A stretch of 64,000 bases of DNA, from NCBI RefSeq assembly GCF_001194135.2, contig NC_068988.1, positions 49,805,554-49,869,553 on the forward strand, given 5' to 3'. Below the pieces are notes generated by a model. It saw only the letters and a list, made by a program, of their open reading frames with translations, made no database searches and was not told the origin of the DNA. Both the position numbers and the translations under genes were made by a program. Positions 1 through 12,463 of the stretch are shown piece by piece. The first letter of the stretch is position 1; every line of letters starts with the position of its first letter. The DNA comes from Octopus bimaculoides. Taxonomy: Eukaryota.

Positions 1-12
1 TTCCTATCAAAC

Positions 13-330
13 TCTCGGGCCGACCAAAGCCTTGTGAATGGATTTGGTAGACGGAAACTGAAAGAAGCCCGTCGTATATATGTATATGTATATATATATG
101 TATGTGTGTTTGTGTGTCTGTGTTTGTCCCACCAACGTCGCTTGACAACCGATACTGGTGTGTCTATGTCCCCGTAACTTAGTGGTTCGGCAAAAGAGAC
201 CGATAGAATAAGTACTAGGCTTCCAAAGAATAAGTCCTGGGGTCGATTTGCTCGAATAATGGCGGTGCTCCAGCATGGCCGCAGTCAAATGGCTGAAACA
301 AGTAAAAGAGTAAAAGAGTAAAAGAGTATA
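13..330 (+). mobile_element. Composite SINE, family A+B (3' part of head, TA/TG microsatellite, tail, AGTAAAAG tail repeats)
   Basis: GGGCCGACCAAAGCCTTGTGAATGGATTTGGTAGACGGAAACTGAAAGAAGCCCGTCG followed by a microsatellite and the tail CGCTTGACAACCGATACTGGTG...CCAGCATGGCCGCAGTC. The same modules recur at 2143, 8094, 27028 and 29412. Confidence 0.85.
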
Positions 331-781
331 TACATATATATATATATATATATATACATACACACATACTGAGTGAGGGAGAGTGAGAGGTACGTACATA
401 CATAATATAGATTTGTTGCTTTTGAAAAATCAGAGTTTTTTTTTTTACATATCAACGTTTTGCTTATGCTTCTATAGTTGTTCTTGTTTCTCATACTCAT
501 ATTTTTGCTATTGTTGTTGGAGTCATTTTATTTATATACATTTTCTATTAAGTTTTCTCCATTGTTTTTCATTTCTTTTTATCTTTTTCAATAATTGTTT
601 TGTTATGGATTATTTCTATTTTTGGCGTGCGTTTTTGTTGTTGTTGTTGTTTCTGTTATATTTACTACTGCTATTGTTGCTGCTGATACTGAAGCAGTCC
701 ATTTTTCTTGTGATTCATATATTACTCTTGTTTTTGTCTTTATTCTATTTTTGTTACTATTATTGTAATCGTTGTTGTTGT

Positions 782-789
782 TGTTGCTA

Positions 790-874
<85 letters not shown>

Positions 875-897
875 CATTATTATTATTATTATCATTT
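782..897. repeat. (TAT)n microsatellite
   Basis: Long near-pure TAT run; source of the poly-Tyr ORF. Confidence 0.95.
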
Positions 898-984
898 TTA
901 CCATGTTTGATGTTTTTATCTTTCTAATGTCTGCTTTCGTTTAACAATTTTTTTTTCTTCATTTCTTCTAGTTAACGCCGTTAT

Positions 985-1560
985 TACTATTGGTAACGCT
1001 GTTACCGTTGTTATTGTTGATGTTGTTGTTGTTGTTGTTGTTATTCTTCTTCTTGGTGAAGATGAGGATGAGGATGATCGTGAAGAGGAAGAGGAGGAGA
1101 AAAATGATGAAGATGTCTTTGATAATTTTTGGCAAATATTTTTAAGGAGCAAGAACGAATCTTGTTTGAAATTTTTTAACAAAAGCAGCTTATTAGAAAT
1201 GCTAGGGTGAAATGGTTGCATTGATGATGTTGGTGCTGCTGCTGGTCTTGATAATGGTGGTGCTGGTGGTGGCGGTAGTGACGGCGGCGGTGGTGGTAGC
1301 GGCGGCGGCGGTGGTAGCGGCGGTGGCGGTGGTAGCGGCGGCGGCGGTGGTAGCGGTGGTAGCAGTGGAAACGGCGGTATCTTTAGTAAAACATGATGGC
1401 TATAGTGATGCACGATGTAGTTGAGATTGTGCCGACGGCAACTGAAGGTAAACATGGTCCCGAATGATACTGATGGTAGTAGTGATAGGAGTGATAGCAG
1501 TAGTGTCGGTGGCGGTATAGTGTCGATGGTTGATAGTATGATGGGCTGTTGTTGTTGCTT
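985..1560. repeat. Degenerate trinucleotide low-complexity block (TGT/GAT/GGC/GGT)
   Basis: Mixed trinucleotide runs; source of the poly-Pro/poly-Ser ORF 916-1455. Confidence 0.85.
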
Positions 1561-2142
1561 TTATCGTTTAGCAAACAGTTAGTACTCAATAAATAGGTCC
1601 AATGTGTTCCTTAGCGACCATCCTCTCATATCTAAGAGTATCTAGGACTACAAATAGCCAAGTCACTTCCCGTATTTAAGATGTGACGGTCTGATCTGCC
1701 GAAGATTTTGTTTCGAATTCTAGCAAGTCCTTATGTGATGTGTGATTATAGGAATATAGGAAGTCAGTCGTGGTGGTTATAACAGTGAAATTGCTTACAG
1801 CAATGGTGTTGGTCCAATTGTATTAATGATAGCATGGGCACTGGTCGTGGTAGTGTTGCAGATGGCTGAGGTGTTGATAGTACTGTTTGTTATAGTGATG
1901 GTGATGACAACGGTATAAATACTACTTGCCATTGATAGCCATCTATGTCTTCTTTTCTTGTTTCAGTCTCATTGTACTGAGGCCTTGCTGGGGCAACACC
2001 TTAAAGAGTTATAATCGAACAAATCTACCCAATATATGATATAGCCAGTTATAAAAACTTCGATACACTAAGATCTTTCCTGCAATTAGCAGGTAAGATC
2101 TCCTTCACGACGTGGATATATTCTAGAAACAACAGTCTTTTA

Positions 2143-2536
2143 CTTATTCCAGTCATTTGACTACGGCCATGGTAGAGCACCACATAGAAGGGTTTTAGTC
2201 GAACAAGTCGACCCCAGTGCTTATTTTTTAAGCTTACTACTTATTCTATCGGTATCTTTTGCCAATACTGCAAAGTTACGGGGACGTAAACACACCAACA
2301 CCGGTTGTCAAGCATTGATGGAGGGACAAACACAGACCGAAAGACACTGATAGATATATACATATGTATGCATGACGATCTTCTTTCAGCTTCCTTCTAC
2401 CAAATCCACTGACAAGGCTTTGGTTGGGCCGAGGATGTAGTAGAAGACACTTGCCCAAAGTGCCACGCAGTGTGACTGAACCCGGAAGCATGTGATTGGG
2501 AGGCAAACTTCTTACAGCACAGCCACGCATGCGCCT
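2143..2536 (-). mobile_element. Full composite SINE, family A+B
   Basis: Reverse complement begins AGGCGCATGCGTGGCTGTGCTGTAAGAAG (tRNA-like head), then GTGGCACTTTGGGCAAGTGTCTTCTAC (CORE-like), a short TA run and the B tail. Confidence 0.85.
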
Positions 2537-2585
2537 AGCTTCTTATCACACAAACAGAAAAAGGTATTGATTGGTTTTAAATGTT

Positions 2586-2703
2586 GGCACAAGGCAAACA
2601 TTCGGGGGAAGTTGTTTGCAAGTCGATTACATCGACCCTTAACTGGTACCAACCCGAAAGGGTGAAAGTCGAATTCGACGTCGGTGGAATTTGAACGCAG
2701 AAG
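2586..2703 (-). mobile_element. 5'-truncated SINE, family C
   Basis: GTCGATTACATCGACCC...CCCGAAAGGGTGAAAG...GGAATTTGAAC matches the family C copies elsewhere in the window. Confidence 0.7.
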
Positions 2704-3227
2704 ATATTTATAACATAAACCAATCTATGTTCTAGAAAATAATGACTGCGCAGATAGAAAAGAATTCTGTTTTGAAAGCCAACTAGTAAAAGCAACATAC
2801 ATGTTTTCAATTCATTACTTCTTCTCAGTGAATTAAACTAAACCTTGCTAGCTGATCTGCAAATATCATAAGTACATATAGAAAAGTAGAGAGATTGTAA
2901 CGAAGCTGATTGAGACTTGAAAGATAAAATCTACTTACTCCTATTTGCAACGTCTGTATTTTCTTAAAATTTTGATATGTTGATATTATTGGAAATAACT
3001 TATTGTGATGTTGTTTTAAGATTTTAAATAACCCTCTACATGGAGTTTTACCTACTGATTGCACAGATAATCTTAGGGAAACGTAGCTAATCAAGCCACT
3101 ATATTATATATACGATTTACGATCGTATGTTCATTTTGCGGGCCGAACGCTCTCTAGAGGCGCTGAACGCAATACTAATACTATCTCGTGCGTGCGCGTG
3201 CATATGTGTGTGTGTATGTATAGGTGG

Positions 3228-3351
3228 GAGAATATACAAATAATAACAACAGACGAGGACAGGTGGTGTAAATAACAAAAGTATATATTAGTATGACGCT
3301 CGGGAATACGGAAAGTCTTTGACGTTTCGAGCTACGCTCTTCAACAGTAAG
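3228..3351 (-). mobile_element. Penelope-like pLTR fragment with a minimal hammerhead-like motif (3317-3351)
   Basis: Minus strand reads CTGTTGA-A-GAGC-GTA-GCTC-GAAAC-GTC-AAAG: hammerhead topology with a 4-bp stem II, palindromic ACGT and a GUC site, but the core is CUGUUGA. Confidence 0.55.
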
Positions 3352-4527
3352 AATATGTATATATTTATATATATATATATNNNNNNNNNNNNNNNNNNNN
3401 NNNNNNNNNNNNNNNNNNNNNNNNNNNNNNNNNNNNNNNNNNNNNNNNNNNNNNNNNNNNNNNNNNNNNNNNNNNNNNNNNNNNNNNNNNNNNNNNNNNN
3501 NNNNNNNNNNNNNNNNNNNNNNNNNNNNNNNNNNNNNNNNNNNNNNNNNNNNNNNNNNNNNNNNNNNNNNNNNNNNNNNNNNNNNNNNNNNNNNNNNNNN
3601 NNNNNNNNNNNNNNNNNNNNNNNNNNNNNNNNNNNNNNNNNNNNNNNNNNNNNNNNNNNNNNNNNNNNNNNNNNNNNNNNNNNNNNNNNNNNNNNNNNNN
3701 NNNNNNNNNNNNNNNNNNNNNNNNNNNNNNNNNNNNNNNNNNNNNNNNNNNNNNNNNNNNNNNNNNNNNNNNNNNNNNNNNNNNNNNNNNNNNNNNNNNN
3801 NNNNNNNNNNNNNNNNNNNNNNNNNNNNNNNNNNNNNNNNNNNNNNNNNNNNNNNNNNNNNNNNNNNNNNNNNNNNNNNNNNNNNNNNNNNNNNNNNNNN
3901 NNNNNNNNNNNNNNNNNNNNNNNNNNNNNNNNNNNNNNNNNNNNNNNNNNNNNNNNNNNNNNNNNNNNNNNNNNNNNNNNNNNNNNNNNNNNNNNNNNNN
4001 NNNNNNNNNNNNNNNNNNNNNNNNNNNNNNNNNNNNNNNNNNNNNNNNNNNNNNNNNNNNNNNNNNNNNNNNNNNNNNNNNNNNNNNNNNNNNNNNNNNN
4101 NNNNNNNNNNNNNNNNNNNNNNNNNNNNNNNNNNNNNNNNNNNNNNNNNNNNNNNNNNNNNNNNNNNNNNNNNNNNNNNNNNNNNNNNNNNNNNNNNNNN
4201 NNNNNNNNNNNNNNNNNNNNNNNNNNNNNNNNNNNNNNNNNNNNNNNNNNNNNNNNNNNNNNNNNNNNNNNNNNNNNNNNNNNNNNNNNNNNNNNNNNNN
4301 NNNNNNNNNNNNNNNNNNNNNNNNNNNNNNNNNNNNNNNNNNNNNNTATATATATATATATATATATATAATTACTAATTATGTCAAATTTAACAGTCTT
4401 CTCTAAGCGGCCGTTTGTTTGGAACTGTCCATGGCTTCGATATCAGCTAATGTTTGCTCTTGGTAAAATATATATTAATATACTTTACTGCTTTTACATT
4501 ACTAGATGTGTGTGTATGTGTGTGTGT

Positions 4528-4574
<47 letters not shown>

Positions 4575-4859
4575 AATAAAATATAACTACGTGTACGTAT
4601 AGACGTAAAGGAATATATAATGTACATGTGTGTGTGTGTGTGTGCGTGTGTGCGCGCGCGCGTGTGTGTGTTTGTATGTGTGTGTAAGAACTGCAAATAA
4701 AAGTTTTAGAATTTATGTCACCAACTTTTTATTTCTTACCTGTTCAGAAAGATTAAATTACAAAAATGCCATTCTAATATTAGATTATGTGTAGCATGAT
4801 CAATATGATCAAACACCATCTCGATATTATTATTGCGGCAATCATCGATATTGCTGCTA

Positions 4860-5170
4860 AGGTCACCGTCGTCATCACTGTCAGTAACGTCACGTCATCA
4901 TCGTCGTCGTCGTCCTCATTTTCCTCATCCGCCTCACCCTCATCAACATCATCATCCTCATCAACATCGTTATCATCAGGATTGTGATCGTTTTCATTTT
5001 CATCTTCTCTCTATTCATCATCATTATAATTATTGTCGTCATTCATACTCCTCCTTTCCCTCCCCTTCCTCATCATCATCACTAGCATCATCCTCATCAT
5101 CCTTATCCTCTCCACTACCTTCTCATTGCCCCCTCTTCCTTATCATCTTCCTCTTACAACTTCTCATTGT
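4860..5170. repeat. Degenerate (CAT/CCT/TCC)n low complexity
   Basis: Trinucleotide cryptic simplicity. Confidence 0.8.
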
Positions 5171-5414
5171 GCTAGAAAAAGCAGCTAACTTAACCCCAAA
5201 ATAAAAGTTTACAATATTATATCATGTAGTTCTGGGTGCATTACACTTCTGAAAATCAAAAAGGCGAGATTGTCACGGTTAGAATGTCTTGATAATAACC
5301 GAGGCCTGATTGACCAGACCAGACAAGACTAGACCTAGAGCTAAAAACCAACAAATCATCTAAATCATTGTGTTCATGACTTCCATAAGTCATACCAAGA
5401 CCACTAACACTAGA

Positions 5415-5830
5415 AGCATCATTCGTATCCCTACTATCACCATCATCATGACCACCACCACCACCACCACCACCACCTCCACCACCACCACCTCCATCAT
5501 CACCATCATTTTTATCAACATCATCATCATCGTCATCATCAACAACATCATCATCATAATCACCATCATCATCATTATTATTACCATCATCTTCATCATC
5601 GCCGCCGCCGACGTCGTTGCCATCATCTCCATCAGCATTACCTCCTTTGCCACCAGTGCAATCACCTCTCCCGTGCTCATTACCATTACCTTACCTTTGT
5701 CGTCGTTACTATCATCAGTTATATCTTCCTCGATTCCTCCACCTCTCTCCTCCACCGCTTCTTCTCCTCCGTTTCTTCTTCCACCTCATCGTCATCATCG
5801 TCATCATAAACACCACCATTACCACCATCA
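5415..5830. repeat. Degenerate (CAT/CAC)n low complexity
   Basis: Source of the poly-Ile/Thr/Met ORFs. Confidence 0.85.
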
Positions 5831-6142
5831 CTATAAGCGTCTTTAACAAATCTCCAAATAAAATCAGTTGACTAACTCCACAGAAACCCCCACATTGTGC
5901 ACCAAGGGCAAGTTACCAATTATCTTTCTCTAACTTATAAGCACATTCTATGATGAGAACCATTCATTCTTCTTCCTTCTATTCACCACTTTTGACTGGC
6001 GAATAGCATCTCTCCTTTCACCCGTACGTTCTTTTTCAAGCAAGACTTCAAAAACACCAATGCGATTTTGATCGAAGAATAAAGTCTATCTTAAGTCCAT
6101 TTTATCTTCGTTCACTATACATCTTTCATTATTTTTAAGGTT

Positions 6143-6587
6143 AAGGCAGCGAGCTGGCAGAATCGTTAGCACGCCGGGCGAAATGTTTAGTTGTATTTCG
6201 TCAGTCTTTGCATTCTGAGTTCAAATTCTGCCGAGGTCGACTTTATATTTCATCCTTTTGGGGTCGATAAAGTAAGTACCAGTTGCGTACTGGGGTTGAG
6301 CTAATCGAATGTCCCCCTCCGCCAAATTTTCGGGCCTTGTGCCAAGAATAGAAAAGATCATTTTTAAGGTTAAGGCGGCGAACTGACAGAATCGTTAGCA
6401 CGCCGGACGAAAAGCTTAGCGGCACTTCGTCTGTCTTTACGTTCTGATTTCAAATTCCGCCCAGGTTAACTTTGCCTTTCATCCTTTGGGGGGTCGATAA
6501 ATTAATTACCAGTTGCGTACTTGGTTTGATCTAATCGACAGGCTGCCTCCCTCCAAATTTCAAGCCTCGTGCCTTTCAGTAGAAAGG
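6143..6587 (+). mobile_element. Tandem head-to-tail pair of family C SINEs
   Basis: Two copies starting GGC(A/G)GCGA(G/A)CTG(G/A)CAGAATCGTTAGCACGCCGG with B-box-like GAGTTCAAATTC/GATTTCAAATTC and central TTTCATCCTTT.GGGGTCGATAAA. They are bounded by three copies of AT(T/C)ATTTTTAAGGTT (6128, 6357, 6588). Confidence 0.9.
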
Positions 6588-6612
6588 ATTATTTTTAAGG
6601 TTGTTTCTACAG

Positions 6613-6851
6613 ATATTCTATGTGATTTTTACTACAACGTTTCGTACCGAGATGCCAGATGTATGCAAACACAATATACTATGTATAGTGTATCATGTTT
6701 GTATGACGAAGTATCACGTACCATCTTCACTACAGACAGACGAAAACTATACAAGGAAGTGATCTTACCTGTTGAGATTTTCGCAGTAAACAGGACAGAC
6801 GAAAGCTGGAGTATAGCACGATGGCAGGTGGTAAATTATGATAAAGAAAAT
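6613..6851 (+). other. Candidate coding exon of unknown product (alternatively the antisense strand of a decayed LINE)
   Basis: GTTTCTACAG acceptor and AAT|GTAAGC donor bound a 239-nt stop-free frame DILCDFYYNVSYRDARC...VEIFAVNRTDESWSIARWQVVNYDKEN in non-repetitive sequence. No family recognised. Confidence 0.25.
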
Positions 6852-7244
6852 GTAAGCATTTGCCAAATCAATCGAGTCTTACAACGACAGCTTACCTTCG
6901 TCCACTTCTCGAGAAGGCAGTCCACGATGCTTGTAACTGTGTCTATCTGGAGGTCCGGATCGAATCAGATCTGAACTGTTTGACCGATCCACTAGTCTGT
7001 CGCCACACGATGTTATCCAACGGCGCATTATCGCCTCTTCTGGTGCCCAGCTTGAAACCCTCAATCGCCTCGTATTTATTAAGAACGGTGCCAACAACCC
7101 CCATCTCCAAAATGTCCCACACTGTCACAGTGATACCGACTGGAAAAACCCACACGGTCCATCCGCGTCGCGGTTTCAGAGGGATGCTTTTCTATAGTTC
7201 TATCTTTCGCAGTAGGGGATCGAGAATTTTCACACTAGCAACAA

Positions 7245-7322
7245 CAGCAGTAGCAACAGTAATTGCTGCTGCTGCTGCTACTACTACTACTACCACCACC
7301 ACCATCACCGCCACCACCTCCG

Positions 7323-7375
<53 letters not shown>

Positions 7376-7394
7376 TGCAGCAGCGGCAGTGGTG

Positions 7395-7449
<55 letters not shown>

Positions 7450-7450
7450 A
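7245..7450. repeat. (GTA)n/(CTA)n/(GGT)n microsatellite
   Basis: Direct reading. Confidence 0.95.
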
Positions 7451-8093
7451 GAAATGAATTCACGTATAAGCACAAATATCGTGTACATTTGATTAATTAG
7501 ACCCCATTACTTTCTGCCGCATATTTTATCGATTCCACCTCCCCGATCTTCACAACTGATTTCAGATAACAGCGAGATTCCTACCGCGTCTGATTGCAGC
7601 CGCTTAACATAATTCCATGGACCGAGAACTGACGGACATTGAACGAATACCTATCAAAACAGTCTCGCCATTTTCTCAGTATTTCGGTCACGTCCGGCTG
7701 ATAGTATTAACATATCTGACCATCTCGTAGTCAGTGCTAAGCCAAGGATATTTATCAATTATCAATAATCCCTGCTTTAAGAGCCCCCTACAAAATGCCG
7801 TACACTGCACATCCTCTTCAACGTCCAGAGTGTCCCTAGGTCATTGTCACTCATATTCTTCGCTAATCCTTTCTAAAATGCAAGGGTGGATATTTTAGGG
7901 ACTGCAATTGTCCATCAAGCAGAGGTCTGTAAACGTCATTTATGGAAATACATGCCTGACAATGGACCACCAAACCTATATATTCCAAGACGTGATCATT
8001 TATTCCGATTACCAAACAGATGCTGTCGGACGTTACAGAAATCTAGATTTTTAAAATTAAACTGAAACACTGCACTTAAAAATAAAGAAATAA

Positions 8094-8425
8094 AGCGTAG
8101 GCCCGGCTGTGTCGTTAGAAGTTTTCTTCCCAACCCTTGGTTCCGGGTTCAGTCATAGTGTGCGGCACCCTGAGCAAGTGTCATCTACTATAGCTTCGAG
8201 TCGACCAAATCTTTCTCAGTGGATTTGGCGGACGGAAACTGAAAGAAGCTCGTTGTATGTGTACGTGTGTTTACGGCCCCGTAATTTAGCAGTTTGGCAA
8301 ATGAGACCGATAGAATAAGTATGTACCAAACTTAAAAGAGAAAGTACTAACATCCATGTTTTCAACTAAACCCTCCATGGTCGTGCCTCAGCATGGCAAC
8401 AATCCAATGACTGAAACCACAATAA
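8094..8425 (+). mobile_element. Diverged composite SINE, family A+B
   Basis: GCGTAGGCCCGGCTGTGTCGTTAG...GGTTCCGGGTTCAGTC...GAGCAAGTGTCATCTAC...AACTGAAAGAAGCTCG, followed by the B tail. Confidence 0.8.
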
Positions 8426-10484
8426 GACAATTGAGAGCATCATTTCTGGTGACTCAGTCCTGGTCATATCTAAATACGTGCACAGACATGATTAAATCGG
8501 CTAGGTAATATGTCGACACATTCAAGTTGTATACAGTATGAAACGAATACAGTATATCACAAAGACCTTGCTACATAATTTTGAGACATGGTTTCTAACT
8601 GAAAAGCCGAGTAAAGTAAATTCTTAGATATAATTCTCGAGGACTGAGACGAAAATCTGTCTCTGATATATATCTCGGACCCAGCTGATCCAAAAATGTG
8701 TCCGAGAGGAGTTAAAGAAACAGTCAGAGAACAAGGAACATTAAACTGATCGGAGATTTCTAGAAATTGTCCATAGACTATTTACTTGGTGTTCGTCAAC
8801 GCCTAGAGTCACAGAAGAACTATAAGGTCTTGTGAATTTTACTTATCGCTAATACAGAAGAATACTGAGAACGAGGTACTACTTACCTTGATGGTAGAGA
8901 ACTGTTAGCACCTGTTAATATTCCAGAAGCCGGGGATTAATCTTAGTCTTCAGTTGGCTATAACTCCGTGAAAAGGACGAGTTCTTGACAAGCCCAAACC
9001 GCACTTTCTTGCTTGTCAAGCATCTGTGTAGATACTACAGCCTTAGGGCTTGTCTACACATCATCCCACACGCAGTATATCGAGCACTTTGTGCTAAAGT
9101 TGTTGGCATCGGATAGAGCATTTATGTAGAGGTACGCACTCCTTCCTAAAAGAAAATGAGAAAGAATTGACGCTCCGGTTTGGACAGCTTAAAACTTGGA
9201 CAAGACACAACAAGCAGTCGATGATAAATGAGAGCGTTGATATATGTGTTCGCCATTTCTATCGGAGTTTTAGAGTTTTTTTTTTTTCTCATTATTTTTC
9301 TGGGTGAGACTCGTTATCTCTTCTTAACTCCGTCCCAATTCTTATCTCCTTCGATGTTTGGCTCGAACCAGATTCCAGGCCTCTTCAACTTGAACCTGTG
9401 ATTCACTACGATGACTGGTATGGAATTGTCTCTCCATGCACTGAGATGCCAGCCTACCGACAGTCCCTACTTGCATTCGTGAGTTACCTTCTCGTATTCC
9501 TTCAGTGTGTGCTGACCACCAAATAATAATAATAATAACAACGAACATAATAATATTAACATTTTAGCGAGAACGGCATCATCAATTAAAGCAACATTAT
9601 GTTTGTGCGTGTATACATACATATATACATACATATATATAAATACACACACATATATACATATATCTATATATATATATATATATNNNNNNNNNNNNNN
9701 NNNNNNNNNNNNNNNNNNNNNNNNNNNNNNNNNNNNNNNNNNNNNNNNNNNNNNNNNNNNNNNNNNNNNNNNNNNNNNNNNNNNNNNNNNNNNNNNNNNN
9801 NNNNNNNNNNNNNNNNNNNNNNNNNNNNNNNNNNNNNNNNNNNNNNNNNNNNNNNNNNNNNNNNNNNNNNNNNNNNNNNNNNNNNNNNNNNNNNNNNNNN
9901 NNNNNNNNNNNNNNNNNNNNNNNNNNNNNNNNNNNNNNNNNNNNNNNNNNNNNNNNNNNNNNNNNNNNNNNNNNNNNNNNNNNNNNNNNNNNNNNNNNNN
10001 NNNNNNNNNNNNNNNNNNNNNNNNNNNNNNNNNNNNNNNNNNNNNNNNNNNNNNNNNNNNNNNNNNNNNNNNNNNNNNNNNNNNNNNNNNNNNNNNNNNN
10101 NNNNNNNNNNNNNNNNNNNNNNNNNNNNNNNNNNNNNNNNNNNNNNNNNNNNNNNNNNNNNNNNNNNNNNNNNNNNNNNNNNNNNNNNNNNNNNNNNNNN
10201 NNNNNNNNNNNNNNNNNNNNNNNNNNNNNNNNNNNNNNNNNNNNNNNNNNNNNNNNNNNNNNNNNNNNNNNNNNNNNNNNNNNNNNNNNNNNNNNNNNNN
10301 NNNNNNNNNNNNNNNNNNNNNNNNNNNNNNNNNNNNNNNNNNNNNNNNNNNNNNNNNNNNNNNNNNNNNNNNNNNNNNNNNNNNNNNNNNNNNNNNNNNN
10401 NNNNNNNNNNNNNNNNNNNNNNNNNNNNNNNNNNNNNNAAAAACAAAACTTCTTCAGAAATGTTTTGGGATACGTTGTTTAGTT

Positions 10485-10503
10485 GCATTATCATAGTCGT
10501 CAC

Positions 10504-10556
<53 letters not shown>

Positions 10557-11060
10557 GCATCATCATCATCAGCAACAGCAGCATCAATATCAACATCAGC
10601 GTTATCAACAGTATCAGTATATTCATAATCTTCGCCACCACACACCTTCGTCATCAAAGTTGTCACCACCGTCATCATCACCATGATCACCATGATCACC
10701 ATCACCGTCATCAGCAGCAGCGGCCCCAGTAACAGCAGTACCAGCAGCAGCAGCAGCAGCAGCAAGTAGAAACATCTTCGGCATCACCGCCGCCATCAAA
10801 ATCTTCATCGTCATCGTAATAGTCATCATGCTCATCGTAATCATTATCATTGTCATCACCATCACAGTCACTACCACCACCACCACCACCACCACCACCA
10901 ACTTCATCATCATCACCGTTATTATTATTATCTTCATCATCCTCGTCATCATTGACGTTCACCTTCGTCCTCGTCCTCACATTGTCGTCTTCATCATCAT
11001 TGTCATCACCACCACAGCCACCGCCACCGCCACCGCTATTATCATGAAGACCGTCGTTTG
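10485..11060. repeat. (CAT)n/(CAG)n/(CAC)n microsatellite complex
   Basis: Source of the poly-His/Asp/Met ORFs. Confidence 0.95.
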
Positions 11061-12232
11061 CTAATGGCTTAATGGACCAAATCAAATCACCCATCGTTAT
11101 GTTTTCGAGAAATATTTTGATGTTGTCGCTGTTGTTGTTGTTCAGCTGCAAGGTCACTCTTTATGAATATCATCTATTATCAAAGTTGTTCCAACCGTGC
11201 CCATCCAGTGCCATAGGTATCCTTACTTTTTAAAAGATGGTAACGTGTAATTTGAATCTCTTATATCTTGCACCGAGGGATTCTATTGGTGTCAATAATA
11301 TATGTCGTGATTTGCTATTATCGTTTAGCCCCCAAGTCAAATTTAATTGAGCTGAATTATGGTAAGAGCTATTCCAACCACGACCATTACGTTTTTCGCA
11401 GATTATATAATAAACTGAAAAGAAAAATGTGATAGAACTGCATTATCAAAAAGGCAGCATTATCTCGTATCGCGTTTCTTCTTTACTACTGCAGGGTGTG
11501 ATTTGGAGATCACTAGCTGTTATCTCTAGTAGGTAGAATATTCACATAGAGACATCTCGTTGATTTGTCTCATATATGTTGTTGATGGTGCTGGAGGAAA
11601 TAAGAGTCGATTGGTGGGGTGGAACAGTATATTTGGAAATACTTTGCTCGATATTTTCATCCAATTTTGAGATTTGAGGATTTCGTTGTTATTTCTAGCA
11701 GCCTAGACAACACTGTGGAGGCTCGTTTGATGACTTTTCATTTCACTTGTATAAAGTGGCCCTTTCATTTCCTATTTGTCGAGAGAGAATCCTAAGTTAC
11801 GATCTAGTCGAACTAGATTCCTTATCTTGCTAAAAAAACAGTGTTATTTATTTCAACTGACACCAGACCTTTAACGCATTCCAAGCTATTTTAACGAAAA
11901 AGTATCGATAAATAAAGGGAATACTCAACCAGTTTGCTTAATTCATCTTAAAGTGGTTTATCTGCAAATCACAGGACATCTCTAACTTCGATAACTTACA
12001 TATTCTCGCTGATCAAACAAAGTTGAAGTTGCAGACATAGTCAAGTTAAATTTTCAGTGAATTTACAAATATAAAAGAGAATAAAGATATGAGAATCTCT
12101 TTCGAACGCCTGTGTCTTTTTTGTAACCACAGTAAGGTTATGACAACTATATTTATTGTCCTCAGTGGTGTCTATTTTCCACGTTCGATGCGAGCGAATT
12201 GAATATCTAGTTATTATCATACAAGAGAAGAA

Positions 12233-12400
12233 GGTAGCGAGCTGGCAGAATCGTTTGCGCGCTGGATGAAATGTTTACCGATATATCGCCCGTCGCTACA
12301 TTCTGAGCTTAAATTCCGCCAAGGTCGGCTTTACCTTTCATCCTTTCGGGCTCGATAAAATAAGTACCAGTTGAACACTGGGAATGATGTAATCGACTCA
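12233..12400 (+). mobile_element. SINE, family C
   Basis: GGTAGCGAGCTGGCAGAATCG...TTTCATCCTTTCGGGCTCGATAAAATAAGTACCAG. Confidence 0.85.
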
Positions 12401-12463
12401 TCCTCACCTCTCACAAGCTGTCCTTGGGGCAAACATTTGAAATAATTACTATATAGGAGAAGA

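Noticed and set aside
383-1455. Long ORFs with poly-Tyr, poly-Pro and poly-Ser
   Set aside because: They are translations of trinucleotide microsatellites, with no splice or domain support.
3319-4371. Long X-containing ORFs (also at 9.6, 13.4, 20.2, 27.1, 33.2, 37.5, 48.2 and 61.8 kb)
   Set aside because: Artefacts of N-gaps flanked by (TA)n or (CA)n. The 15 gaps total ~6 kb and their content is unknown.
8540-8880. Possible LINE endonuclease remnant (ETW-like and IGDF-like fragments); similar faint hints at 7500-8040 and 59100-59640
   Set aside because: Motifs are too short and broken to support a call by eye.
9330-9478. Stop-free frame ...FDVWLEPDSRPLQLEPVIHYDDWYG...LAF ending at GTGAGT
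   Set aside because: No credible upstream acceptor or start and no recognised domain.
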